From the IMG/VR virus record IMGVR_UViG_3300038974_000325, positions 6,907-70,906 of that record: a stretch of 64,000 nucleotides of DNA; one strand, written 5' to 3'. Position numbers and translations under genes: made by a program. Source of the stretch: a virus. Its lineage: Duplodnaviria > Caudoviricetes. Position 1 is the first letter of the stretch. Each line of letters starts with the position of its first letter. Shown here in pieces: positions 37,586-46,186 of the stretch. The notes under the pieces were generated by a model. It was not told where the DNA came from. It did no database searches and worked only from the letters and a program-made list of their open reading frames with translations.

Positions 37586-37999
37586 CTATCCTCCGTGTCG
37601 TCTTTGTTTTCTGTTCAGGGTAATCCCGCCATTCCAAGCTTTGACGGCATCGCTTATTGTTCCGTATCTTGCAGTCCTTGCTTGGCACTCATAACACATC
37701 ACAGCGTGTTCAAGTCCGTGATTGACTGTGCTAACCATTTCAGAGCCACATTTCTTGCATGGCTTGCAATCATCAGCAGTAAGTTGTGGGGTGATGAGAA
37801 GCCTTCTATTGTTTTCGGCTTTATCCACGAGTTTTCCTTTTCGGTTATTCTGAATACTAAACGAATATCTTTGGTTGCATTGCCCAATCAAAAGGGTAAA
37901 CACAACACCAACAACAAATCCTATTATCAGTAGTGCGTGGACAAAGAGTACTATTCCTTTTCCGATGTTCGACACAAGCCCTCCATCACGTAAGCCCAC
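37586..37999 (-). CDS. Lar-like (restriction alleviation) Zn-finger protein with N-terminal hydrophobic segment
   Basis: KPCKKCGS...VMCYECQART...DAVKAWN matches the Lar-family pattern. Confidence 0.6.
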   Translation of the reverse strand: MGLRDGGLVSNIGKGIVLFVHALLIIGFVVGVVFTLLIGQCNQRYSFSIQNNRKGKLVDKAENNRRLLITPQLTADDCKPCKKCGSEMVSTVNHGLEHAVMCYECQARTARYGTISDAVKAWNGGITLNRKQRRHGG

Positions 38000-38348
38000 G
38001 TATCTGGCTTGGCTTCGACTCGTGCCTGTATCTGAACCCTCTGAACCCAGTCACTTTTTCAGGTTCAACGTTGTGAAACTCCCCAGTCCTTCTTACGTAG
38101 TATCCAGAGAGCCATAGCTTGCCCGTAGTAGAGCAAGTGAAGTTTGGAAGCCACACAACATCAACTACGATGTGATAGCCCCTTAAAATGCCTCTATGGA
38201 CGATATAGCATCTATCTCCGCTTTTCAGGTTTTTGGGGTTCATGTTTCCGAGCCGATAATTCAACATATCACCCTCTTTGCTGGCTTGGAGTTCTTTTTC
38301 ATACTCTTCCCAGTCAACGGTCTTTGGAATGGTAATCATAATATCCAT
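37986..38348 (-). CDS. ASCH/PUA-like domain protein
   Basis: MDIMITIPK...NLKSGDRCYIVHRGILRGYHIV...VTGFRGFRY. Confidence 0.5.
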   Translation of the reverse strand: MDIMITIPKTVDWEEYEKELQASKEGDMLNYRLGNMNPKNLKSGDRCYIVHRGILRGYHIVVDVVWLPNFTCSTTGKLWLSGYYVRRTGEFHNVEPEKVTGFRGFRYRHESKPSQIRGLT

Positions 38349-38363
38349 AAAAGCTCCATTTGC

Positions 38364-38750
38364 TCACACCCTGTTCTGTTTTGCCACGTCTTGGTGGTTA
38401 AGGTAATATAACAACAGGTATCTTTCCTGAATGTGGCTATGTTCTTTGAAAACTTTCGACTTTACTATCTTGCGTATCTTCTTGTTTCCATAATACATCA
38501 AACCCCATCCGTCTGGAAGTTCTTCTGGCTTAATCAGCCCCTCTGGACAGCAGTAATACCTCGCACTCCCCATCCCTTTGCTTGGATTAGACCGAAATGG
38601 CTTGTGATTGTCTTTGAGGAAATCTCCCCTTCACTCTTCATCTCCTTCTTGGGGCTTTACATCTTCTGGAACTTTGTCGTATGTGTCCCAGAACCCCTTT
38701 TCGTGTGCAGCTTCAAAAACCTTCTTTGAAAGGGCGTTAATGTTATACAC
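38364..38750 (-). pseudogene. Apparent fusion remnant: MazG-like N-terminus, in-frame TGA, then C-terminal half of an MmcB-like nuclease
   Basis: A single frame reads YNINALSKKVFEAAHEKGFWD...EGDEE*RGDFLKDNHKPFR...GMGSARYYCCPEGLIKPEELPDGWGLMY; the stop is at 38631-38633. Confidence 0.5.
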
Positions 38751-39039
38751 TAAGCCACCCCAACAGATACAAAACCCCGATAAATACGGTATTCGCAACC
38801 AATACATCAAGCAGGGTGTCAAGCCACTTTATCTTGAGATAAAGCTTGAGGTTCATTCTTGCAGCCACAAACTGGTTTCGTTCCCAGTTGAGAGTGATGA
38901 TGGCGAAAACAAAGACAGCAAACCAAGCAAGGTAAGCTTCGGTCTTTGGGACTAAGTTAATCAACTGCATTGTCGTGTTTGCTAAGGCAGCAGCTACATA
39001 GGCGTATGCAGCGTGTTTGGGGATGTTTTTGACTTTCAT
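38743..39039 (-). CDS. Small multi-TM membrane protein
   Basis: Three hydrophobic segments and a K-H...E...D pattern similar to 11468..11755. Confidence 0.6.
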   Translation of the reverse strand: MKVKNIPKHAAYAYVAAALANTTMQLINLVPKTEAYLAWFAVFVFAIITLNWERNQFVAARMNLKLYLKIKWLDTLLDVLVANTVFIGVLYLLGWLSV

Positions 39040-39779
39040 TGTTCGAGTTCTCCTTCTTTATCTGCATCACGTTTCGCTTGGCTTAAAATGCCACTAAGCA
39101 ACTCGTTGATGTCTATCTTGTTCTTTTCACAAAGGTCTTCTATGTTACACATGGCTTCATGTGCTTCTTTGGTCAACCTAATCCAGTGGTGTTGCTTCCC
39201 TCCGAAGTCGAATATCATAAACGAGAACTTGAGGGTGCTGCCGTGGTCTCTGAACAGTTTGTTCAAAAGCAACGCCAAGTCGTCAACGTTTTTGACATCT
39301 TGTTTGGATGAGTTTACCTTGTCTCTCAACTCAGGTGGCAGGTTCGCCTTAACGTCCCCCAACAATTTCTGCATTGCCTCTTCCGACTCGAACCCCATCA
39401 TGGTCTTGAGTATCTCGTCACTATACTTGGTGCTCATTTCCCGATACAGCTTTACGAACTTGTCTGGGCTTAACTTGCCTCTAAGCTGGTTCAGTTTTAC
39501 GAGCATCAGCTTCTGCCTGTCCTCATCATATCCCTCGTGGATAATGACAGGCACTTCTTCGTGTCCAAGCAACCTGCAAGCACGGTATCTGTGTTCACCG
39601 CCAATTATCTTGTATCCCTCTTCGCTTGGGACAACGTCTATGGGGTCGAACATCCCGCCTTCCCTTATGCTTTCAACAAGCAAATTGAAGGTCTTGTCCG
39701 TTTGAACGTTGGGGTTCTCATCAAAGGTCTTTAGCTTGTCTATCCCAACATAGACTATCTCGATACGTTTGGTTTCCAT
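39036..39779 (-). CDS. ParB/Srx N-terminal domain protein
   Basis: IDKLKTFDENPN...LVESIREGGMFDPIDV...IIGGEHRYRAC; no HTH-type centromere-binding half recognised. Confidence 0.88.
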   Translation of the reverse strand: METKRIEIVYVGIDKLKTFDENPNVQTDKTFNLLVESIREGGMFDPIDVVPSEEGYKIIGGEHRYRACRLLGHEEVPVIIHEGYDEDRQKLMLVKLNQLRGKLSPDKFVKLYREMSTKYSDEILKTMMGFESEEAMQKLLGDVKANLPPELRDKVNSSKQDVKNVDDLALLLNKLFRDHGSTLKFSFMIFDFGGKQHHWIRLTKEAHEAMCNIEDLCEKNKIDINELLSGILSQAKRDADKEGELEQ

Positions 39780-39788
39780 GCTTTCTCC

Positions 39789-40421
39789 CTATTCTATCGT
39801 AAAATCGCCATTGAATATGCGAGTCAATATGCTACACTTGTCAGACTTACCGCTATAATACTCAAGCTGTATTCCAGACTCTTCAAACTCTTTTTCGTCT
39901 ATGTATAGCTTCCCACCCATTCCAGAGATATACCTCTGTGCGTTGTATTTCTGAGCCATCCATATCAGGTCTTGTGTCTTACTGATAAGCGGTGGTCTTT
40001 CGGATATGAATATAGGTGTTCCTATCTTCAATAGCTCCTTGAGACGCAGTATTGCATGAAAATCAAACTCCCAAAGGTATTTGAAGGTGGCAGAGAAAAT
40101 GATGTCCTCTACCATGCTTGAGACAGAGTTCCACAGTGGGAAATGAACGTATGACCGTCTTATTGCCGTCCACACATCGTCCTGATAACCAGACTTTAGC
40201 TTCACGTCTTTTATCATATCCTCGAAAGGTTCAAACTTCTCAAGAGGAAGCTTATACTGCTCATAGGATGTTTCGCTTCCGATATTCATCCTTGCCGAAA
40301 ACAGGTTCTTACCAGACGTATATCTGTCGTATATCGCCAATTCAAACAAGTCGCTTTGCTTCATCTTTGCGAAAAAGGCATTGTTTGGGAACAGCACTGG
40401 CTGGTGTGCTGATATTACCAT
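39789..40421 (-). CDS. wbqC: WbqC-like protein
   Basis: Start placed at MVISAHQPVLFP...FFAKMKQSDLF; YISGMGGKLYID...F; SIL, the WbqC family pattern. Confidence 0.78.
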   Translation of the reverse strand: MVISAHQPVLFPNNAFFAKMKQSDLFELAIYDRYTSGKNLFSARMNIGSETSYEQYKLPLEKFEPFEDMIKDVKLKSGYQDDVWTAIRRSYVHFPLWNSVSSMVEDIIFSATFKYLWEFDFHAILRLKELLKIGTPIFISERPPLISKTQDLIWMAQKYNAQRYISGMGGKLYIDEKEFEESGIQLEYYSGKSDKCSILTRIFNGDFTIE

Positions 40422-40426
40422 TTCTC

Positions 40427-41908
40427 TCACTCTTTCTCTCCTTCGTTGATAATAATCGGCATTTCGTGAGTAAGGGTATCGTGGCATCCCATTATCGACT
40501 GCAATGCCACATATGCTTCATAATCAGTAATGGTATTCATTCTCCTGAACTCTATGCTTTGTTTGCCAGAAATCGTGGGCGAATTGTTCTCTAACCCCCT
40601 AACAAAATCAGCCCACGATATTTCTGACTTGAGACCAAGAGCACGAGATAAAAGACCACGCTTGTTGTTCATTGCACTTCGATATTCATCCATCAGTGCC
40701 TCTCTACTTTCGATTACAACATCGGTAACAACAGCGTCAAGGGTTCTCGTGGGGTCTGAAAACTTGTTCTTTACAAAATCTATTGCTGGTTCAAACTTCC
40801 TGTATGCCTCTTCGTAGTTTTCTATGATATACTGCATTATCCCCAAACATTCGCTTGCTCCATTATAGAAAAAAGGATAATCCTCTGGAACATACTCCAT
40901 AGCCCAGTCTTTTTTCGGGAGAACCATTATCACGCCCATGTAGATTTGCTCTATATGGGCACTGCTTAGGGCTTCCGATACTGATGCTACGAGTGCAACG
41001 TGAGACATATTGGCATATCCGATATAGGTTTCCCAGTCACAGTTTGGAACAAGATGATAGAACTTTCCCCACTTTTCCTCTTCTGTTTGTTCGGATATTC
41101 CAGTTAATCCGTTCTGAGTAGTGGCTACAACGTTAATCTTGTCTCCATACATGGCGAAAAGCTTTGCGTAAATATCAAAGATAAACTTCGTTCTCTTATA
41201 CTTGTTCATTCGCTGACCGTAGAAAATGGTCACAAACTCATCGCTTTTTCTGGACTGGGTTTTTATCTTGTCCATTCTTTCAAACTGAAACACAGAGAAC
41301 CCAACTCTTGCACGATTATCTATTGCTTTCAATACACGTCCAGAAACGTATTCCGAAGTAATTCTAAGAGCCTTCTTCTTTTCAACATCGCTGAGGAATA
41401 CAGGGTATGCGAGATAGTAGCACATAGCACTTACAACATCAAAGTTGTTATCATACTCCCAAGCGTTTGGCTCTATAAACACTATCGGCATATTGATTTT
41501 CTTCACATCATCTTTGTTCTTAGAGTTTTCCCCAAGACGTGTGGTGTCAGTAAGCTTTGACATCTCGTAAACAGCACCCCGTCTGGTGGTAACAATCGCA
41601 TCTGCCAAGTAATCTCCGAACCGTCTTGAGAACTTCTTGAGAAGTTCGCTGTCAACGTAGGTGTCCCGATAGTAGAAATTGTCAACACACTGGCTTTCGT
41701 AGAAACAGTGGTCTCTATCTCCCATCACCTTTTCCATTCCTATCCCGTCCAACTGGCTCGGCAGTATCCAGTAGCAATACGCTCTGTTTCCTATGCTGTT
41801 GCGAATATCTTGTAGTATCTTGAAACCACTGTCAGTGATTACGCTGTTTGGACTCATTTTTTCGCTGCTAAGTCCCTTGGTGAAGTTAGGTATAAACAAA
41901 AGCCTCAT
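40427..41908 (-). CDS. GT-B fold glycosyltransferase (GT4-like)
   Basis: C-terminal Rossmann half IFYGQRMNKYK...SHVALVASVSEALSSAHIEQIYMGVIMVLP corresponds to the GRxxxxK and E-x7-E motifs. Confidence 0.72.
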   Translation of the reverse strand: MRLLFIPNFTKGLSSEKMSPNSVITDSGFKILQDIRNSIGNRAYCYWILPSQLDGIGMEKVMGDRDHCFYESQCVDNFYYRDTYVDSELLKKFSRRFGDYLADAIVTTRRGAVYEMSKLTDTTRLGENSKNKDDVKKINMPIVFIEPNAWEYDNNFDVVSAMCYYLAYPVFLSDVEKKKALRITSEYVSGRVLKAIDNRARVGFSVFQFERMDKIKTQSRKSDEFVTIFYGQRMNKYKRTKFIFDIYAKLFAMYGDKINVVATTQNGLTGISEQTEEEKWGKFYHLVPNCDWETYIGYANMSHVALVASVSEALSSAHIEQIYMGVIMVLPKKDWAMEYVPEDYPFFYNGASECLGIMQYIIENYEEAYRKFEPAIDFVKNKFSDPTRTLDAVVTDVVIESREALMDEYRSAMNNKRGLLSRALGLKSEISWADFVRGLENNSPTISGKQSIEFRRMNTITDYEAYVALQSIMGCHDTLTHEMPIIINEGEKE

Positions 41909-42477
41909 AATTCCTCTATTAACGCATAGATTTGCTTAAAAGCCTCATATCTTCCGTTGAGTGAAAGCTTTTTGCCGATGTATTCGTTGTATGCCGTTAC
42001 GTAGTCAGTCCATTCCTTTTCACCAAACATTCCCACGTGGGAAAACTTCTTTTGACTGACACGGTGAACCAAGTTAAAATCAAACTCAGTCATATCCCAG
42101 TAAGGAAACTCACAAATCTTTCGTATCGTGGGTATCCTCATCGGTCTTGCCACTATCCTCATTATCTGGTTTACAACATTGTGGTCTTGGTGATGAGTAA
42201 GGCAGGGATAGTAAACCTCTTCAAGTGTCATTTCGGCAACAATGTCTTCAATCTCTTTCTTGATAAGGTCGAAACGAGAGCCGTAGTTGCAGTCTGGGTG
42301 GTTAAGGTAAATCATTTCATACCCTATTTCACGTGCTATTCTCCTACTCACCGCCTCGTTATTGGGGTTTCGTGTCCCAAGAACAATTACTCTGCTGTTT
42401 TTCAATACGGAATAACACCATAACACCTCATCATCTGCATGAGGTGCAACTATCAATCGTCTCGCCTTTTCTTTCAT
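41905..42477 (-). CDS. PIG-L/LmbE-family de-N-acetylase
   Basis: IVAPHADDEVL (HxDD) and HHQDH Zn-binding motifs. Confidence 0.85.
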   Translation of the reverse strand: MKEKARRLIVAPHADDEVLWCYSVLKNSRVIVLGTRNPNNEAVSRRIAREIGYEMIYLNHPDCNYGSRFDLIKKEIEDIVAEMTLEEVYYPCLTHHQDHNVVNQIMRIVARPMRIPTIRKICEFPYWDMTEFDFNLVHRVSQKKFSHVGMFGEKEWTDYVTAYNEYIGKKLSLNGRYEAFKQIYALIEEL

Positions 42478-42890
42478 TGTATCTTCAACGTCCCACGCCT
42501 TCTACCAAGAGCACAGTAAACAAGTTCACGTATCGCCAAAGCCCAGTCTGGCATAACAGCGGTTTCCCGTGAGTCGCACTCATCATAGACACGAGAGTCG
42601 AAAACGTTGTGAAGCCTACACTCTATTGGTCTGTCCTCATAAACAGAACACTTGACTCCATCAAGATATGGGCAAGTTCCGCTTTCGCTGTTCTTGTGTT
42701 CGTGATGAGATAACCGCTCATACTCTTCGTTGGTTATCGTCATTGGGGGGTCGAAATGACAGCAATTTCCACACATTGTGCATCCGCTTGTTGATAAGCC
42801 TTTTTCAAGAACATCAAGCAACTCAAAGAGGCGGGAAAGACTAATTCCTTCCCGCATTATTTCTACGTTATTTCGTCTATCAAGACTCAT
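42474..42890 (-). CDS. YkgJ/FliB-like CxxCxxCC cysteine-cluster protein
   Basis: CTMCGNCC...CPYLDGVKCSVYEDRPIECR. Confidence 0.85.
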   Translation of the reverse strand: MSLDRRNNVEIMREGISLSRLFELLDVLEKGLSTSGCTMCGNCCHFDPPMTITNEEYERLSHHEHKNSESGTCPYLDGVKCSVYEDRPIECRLHNVFDSRVYDECDSRETAVMPDWALAIRELVYCALGRRRGTLKIQ

Positions 42891-43527
42891 AGAGGAACTT
42901 CCTCATTTTCCGTTCTTCATCGTCTGTCAGGTATTCGTCCTTGTTCAACCTTCCATACTTCTCGTATAGGGTCATCATGGAGAATATGCCTTTCTCTGAG
43001 CCTGAGAACCGCTCATCTATTTTCTTGCCTTCTCTCAGCATTTGGTTTCCACGTTTCGTGTGTCTATCCAGAGCGTAGGCAGGAATAGGAACAGGCTTTG
43101 CTTCACGTTTCTTGATTGCTATGACCTTTTTTTCCATTGCATACCATGTCTTGAGGTGCTTTCTGGTGTCTTCGTCTTCCCACCATTTCTTACATTTGCA
43201 AAGATACACTGTCAACTGGAAAACCGCATCCTTAGCGTGGTCTCTGCCAAGCTCTACAATCTTCCCAACAGCAGCAGCGTAGATTGCTGGTTCTGCACCA
43301 AACCCAGACTCTTGTGACTCTATCATAAGCCGTCTTACCACATAGCTGAGTCCAGCCCCGCCCTTTACCATGACCTCAAGCCAATACAGTGCATCCTCTA
43401 CCAAGCCAAGTCTTATCGACTTAACGAGTGAGGAAACAACCTCGTATTGGTCATAAATCCCAAGATACATGGTCGGCTCTTTCTTTCCTGTTTCTTCTTC
43501 TTCACCAAAGATGTTTGTCTGTTTCAT
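42880..43527 (-). CDS. Stand-alone MgsA/RarA C-terminal-like domain protein
   Basis: Start placed at MKQTNIF (SD GGAG); YEVVSSLVKSIRLG..EDALYWL...RRLMIESQE.G...IPAYALDRHT; no AAA+ domain. Confidence 0.75.
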   Translation of the reverse strand: MKQTNIFGEEEETGKKEPTMYLGIYDQYEVVSSLVKSIRLGLVEDALYWLEVMVKGGAGLSYVVRRLMIESQESGFGAEPAIYAAAVGKIVELGRDHAKDAVFQLTVYLCKCKKWWEDEDTRKHLKTWYAMEKKVIAIKKREAKPVPIPAYALDRHTKRGNQMLREGKKIDERFSGSEKGIFSMMTLYEKYGRLNKDEYLTDDEERKMRKFLYES

Positions 43528-43598
43528 ACTATCTCCTATAGGTTGTTTTTGATATGGTGCTATTATGTCTGCAAACCTGTTTTTGTCAAGTTTTTTTT

Positions 43599-44093
43599 TT
43601 ACTTTTTGCTTGCGAGTTTTTCCTTTTCCTGTTTGGTAAGGAAAGGCTGTCCCCACCGTGGTATCATACCGCTAAGTTTGGTTACCGCTTTATACTTCTT
43701 CCTGTCTATAAGCACTACCTTAACGCTTGGATAATACTTCTTCATTCTGGCAATTTTCGTTTTGGAACGCTTATCGTAATATCCCTTTACCTCATGATAT
43801 TCCAACCGCCCATCTGAATACATTACCTTGAAATCAGGCTTATAGCTTCTTACGCCTCGCTTAATCTGCATGAACCAGAAAACGTCTTCCTCGTATGTCC
43901 AAGACTCAACAACTCCTTGCTTAATTAGGAAATTGAGATAGTGGGCGTAGTTCGCTTCCCAGTAAGACCGCATATAGTAGAACTTAGTTCCATCTGTCCA
44001 CCATCCTGCGTTTGTTTTTGCTTGGGGTGGCTTAGTCTTTTTGTTTTCAACAAGTTTTCTGTATTCTTCAAGCGTTATCTTTTCGGTGCTCAT
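43599..44093 (-). CDS. PD-(D/E)XK endonuclease
   Basis: MRSYWEANYAHYL...YKPDF...YHEVKG. Confidence 0.75.
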   Translation of the reverse strand: MSTEKITLEEYRKLVENKKTKPPQAKTNAGWWTDGTKFYYMRSYWEANYAHYLNFLIKQGVVESWTYEEDVFWFMQIKRGVRSYKPDFKVMYSDGRLEYHEVKGYYDKRSKTKIARMKKYYPSVKVVLIDRKKYKAVTKLSGMIPRWGQPFLTKQEKEKLASKK

Positions 44094-44758
44094 ACTATCC
44101 TTACGATGAAATCGCCCTCTTCGTTCTTATACATCTCAACGGGGACTTTCTTGTCGGACACTACTCTAAGCTGAGAAACGTCCTCAGTGGTCTTTACAAG
44201 CACATACGTTCCCTTGAAAAGGCTCTCGCTTTCTATAAGCTTTTCCACCGTTGATTTCTTTCCACGTGCAGTTTGGATTTCGGTAATCAAGTCTCCCTGA
44301 GACAGGGTGCTTGCCTTTGCTAACCAATCGCTTGCTGTCTCCTCGTTGAGAACTGGTTGACCGTCTGATGTTGCGTTTTTGAGGGGCAGCAACATATCAA
44401 GCTTTTTCACGTCACAGGCATAAACCTCTTCTTCTGGTATCTTGTATTCCAGAACAAACGTTTCAAAGATGTTTATTGCCCGATATATCGTTGTCTTGGA
44501 CAGTCCAACGTTTTGATACCATTCCTGAAAAGATGAGTAGCCAAGAAAGAACCACATCTTTTCGTCTCTAAATGGTATCAATCGCTTTGCAAGCTTACAC
44601 ATGGTGATACCAGCTTCCTTAACAAGGTCAAGGATTTTCTCCTGTTCTTTGAATGCCTCGTCTGCACGTTCTGGGTCTATTTCAACCTCTACAATTTCCC
44701 CAGTTTCAACGTTGACTTCGCTAACCTTGCTAAAGTCTATTTCATCAAGTTGCTTCAT
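44090..44758 (-). CDS. Hypothetical HTH-containing protein
   Basis: GYSSFQEW...GLSKTTIYRAINI. Confidence 0.55.
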   Translation of the reverse strand: MKQLDEIDFSKVSEVNVETGEIVEVEIDPERADEAFKEQEKILDLVKEAGITMCKLAKRLIPFRDEKMWFFLGYSSFQEWYQNVGLSKTTIYRAINIFETFVLEYKIPEEEVYACDVKKLDMLLPLKNATSDGQPVLNEETASDWLAKASTLSQGDLITEIQTARGKKSTVEKLIESESLFKGTYVLVKTTEDVSQLRVVSDKKVPVEMYKNEEGDFIVRIV

Positions 44759-45158
44759 TTATCTTTCTCCTGTAATAATCCTCAAACTTCTTGTGGAGTT
44801 TTCTGAGTTCTTCTTGTAAATCAATCCCGTATTTCTTACAAAACGTCTCTTGTCCAAGCGTGTGTATCCCGTTATCTCCAGTGTGATATTGGTAATAAAG
44901 GGGAACACAATAGATGTCTGGGGGTTTGCACCCAATTCCAGAGTTATCGAACATTCTAACATGATGTCTCTGGATTGGCTTCTTTCTTGATACAATACAT
45001 CCGCACGTTCCAAGAAACTCCATATACATCTTGTCTATTTTGCTTTTTGCAAGAGCATCAAGTTCATCATACTGAACCGATAAGTTTGTCCCCAAGAGTG
45101 AGTGGGCAAAGCCACTTCGACTCTGCCCATCACCAACGGTATTACTTCTTTGCGACAT
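44745..45158 (-). CDS. Putative HNH-like nuclease
   Basis: CGCIVS...QRHHV...G.G.K...CVPLYYQYHT...IHTLG.ETF..KYG. Confidence 0.7.
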   Translation of the reverse strand: MSQRSNTVGDGQSRSGFAHSLLGTNLSVQYDELDALAKSKIDKMYMEFLGTCGCIVSRKKPIQRHHVRMFDNSGIGCKPPDIYCVPLYYQYHTGDNGIHTLGQETFCKKYGIDLQEELRKLHKKFEDYYRRKINEAT

Positions 45159-45537
45159 TGACTGTATCGAAATACACTAAAAAGATAGCATGATACGAAA
45201 ACCATGCCGTGAAATCAACAAGTCTATAATAGACAAGGAACGTTGCAAGCAAAAACGAGGCTACTGCTGTTATCGCTCCAGCGGTGGGGTCAAGCAGTGC
45301 CCATATTTTTTCAAGCACAGTAACATAGGGCGGGATAGGTCTTTTTTCAAGCCTTGCTTTCTGAGCTGCTTTTGCCGCAAACGTGATACCAAACGCAGTC
45401 CCAACGACCAGCATCAGGTTCTCAATCGTAAACAAAGGCATAGAGTCAACAGGCGACTTTACGAAAAAAGTTCCGACAACGGCAAGGACGATGAACACAA
45501 TGCTCAACACGACCTTTCTTCCAAAAACAAATCTCAT
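45142..45537 (-). CDS. Holin-like membrane protein with an internal duplication
   Basis: Four TM segments; the halves end in AAKAAQK and TVNVAKK; RKVVLS start typical of small holins. Confidence 0.45.
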   Translation of the reverse strand: MRFVFGRKVVLSIVFIVLAVVGTFFVKSPVDSMPLFTIENLMLVVGTAFGITFAAKAAQKARLEKRPIPPYVTVLEKIWALLDPTAGAITAVASFLLATFLVYYRLVDFTAWFSYHAIFLVYFDTVNVAKK

Positions 45538-46175
45538 TGTTCTTTTTCTCCTTTGGGTTTCTTTCCACAGTAATCTTGCAATAAACGTGCATATTGCGTT
45601 TCACTTACATACGGCTTGATAAACGTCTCAAGCATCTCTTCGAGTTCCATACCTCCAGTTACCCAGTGTTTGTATTTGTCTGGGCAAAAGAAAGGGATGA
45701 TGAACGTTCCATTTTTGCACGCAAATGGAACGTATTCTCCGTCAATAGATATAGGTGATATGGGCATTCTCGTTTCTTCAAGATGATACCCGAATAATCG
45801 TAGATACTCTTCATTCACCTCCGTATAAACTGCCCGTGCCTCTTCTTGTTCTAGTTCTTCCATAGAGTCTATGTCGTCATAGCTAAGGGGGTTGAGATTT
45901 TCACAGGTTACGTATGGCGTGAGGAAATCAATGTGGCTTTTCTTTCCGAGGAACATATCGTTCTCTACAAGCTTATTTCCAACAGCAGCCCAGTTGAAAG
46001 AGTCATAAGCTTCTTTCGCCTCAGCTTTAGTCATGCCGTCTTTAAGCGTCAATCCTTTTACACGCAACAAATTGAGACAATCATCTATCTCTTTGGGGAC
46101 TGGCAGAGTTACTAAAAACACCCTGCCACCCCACTTCTTTGGTGCGTGGTCAAAGCTCGCAAAGTAGATATTCAT
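45534..46175 (-). CDS. Hypothetical protein
   Basis: 213-aa ORF in the operon. Confidence 0.6.
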   Translation of the reverse strand: MNIYFASFDHAPKKWGGRVFLVTLPVPKEIDDCLNLLRVKGLTLKDGMTKAEAKEAYDSFNWAAVGNKLVENDMFLGKKSHIDFLTPYVTCENLNPLSYDDIDSMEELEQEEARAVYTEVNEEYLRLFGYHLEETRMPISPISIDGEYVPFACKNGTFIIPFFCPDKYKHWVTGGMELEEMLETFIKPYVSETQYARLLQDYCGKKPKGEKEQ

Positions 46176-46186
46176 CTATTCCTCTT

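Noticed and set aside
38631-38633. Genome-wide stop-codon reassignment (TGA read-through)
   Set aside because: TGA, TAG and TAA all end intact conserved genes elsewhere, so this in-frame TGA is better explained as a local lesion.
39385-39395. GACTCGAACCC, resembling the reverse complement of a tRNA T-arm
   Set aside because: It lies inside the ParB coding sequence and has no surrounding cloverleaf; I found no tRNA genes.
39036-39779. ParB as a plasmid-prophage partition system
   Set aside because: No ParA or parS array is nearby and no centromere-binding HTH was recognised; the context is a modification-type operon.
39789-42477. Classical O-antigen seroconversion (Gtr) cassette
   Set aside because: No bactoprenol glucosyltransferase, flippase or membrane GT is present and all products look soluble. 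Surface modification is considered less likely but not excluded.
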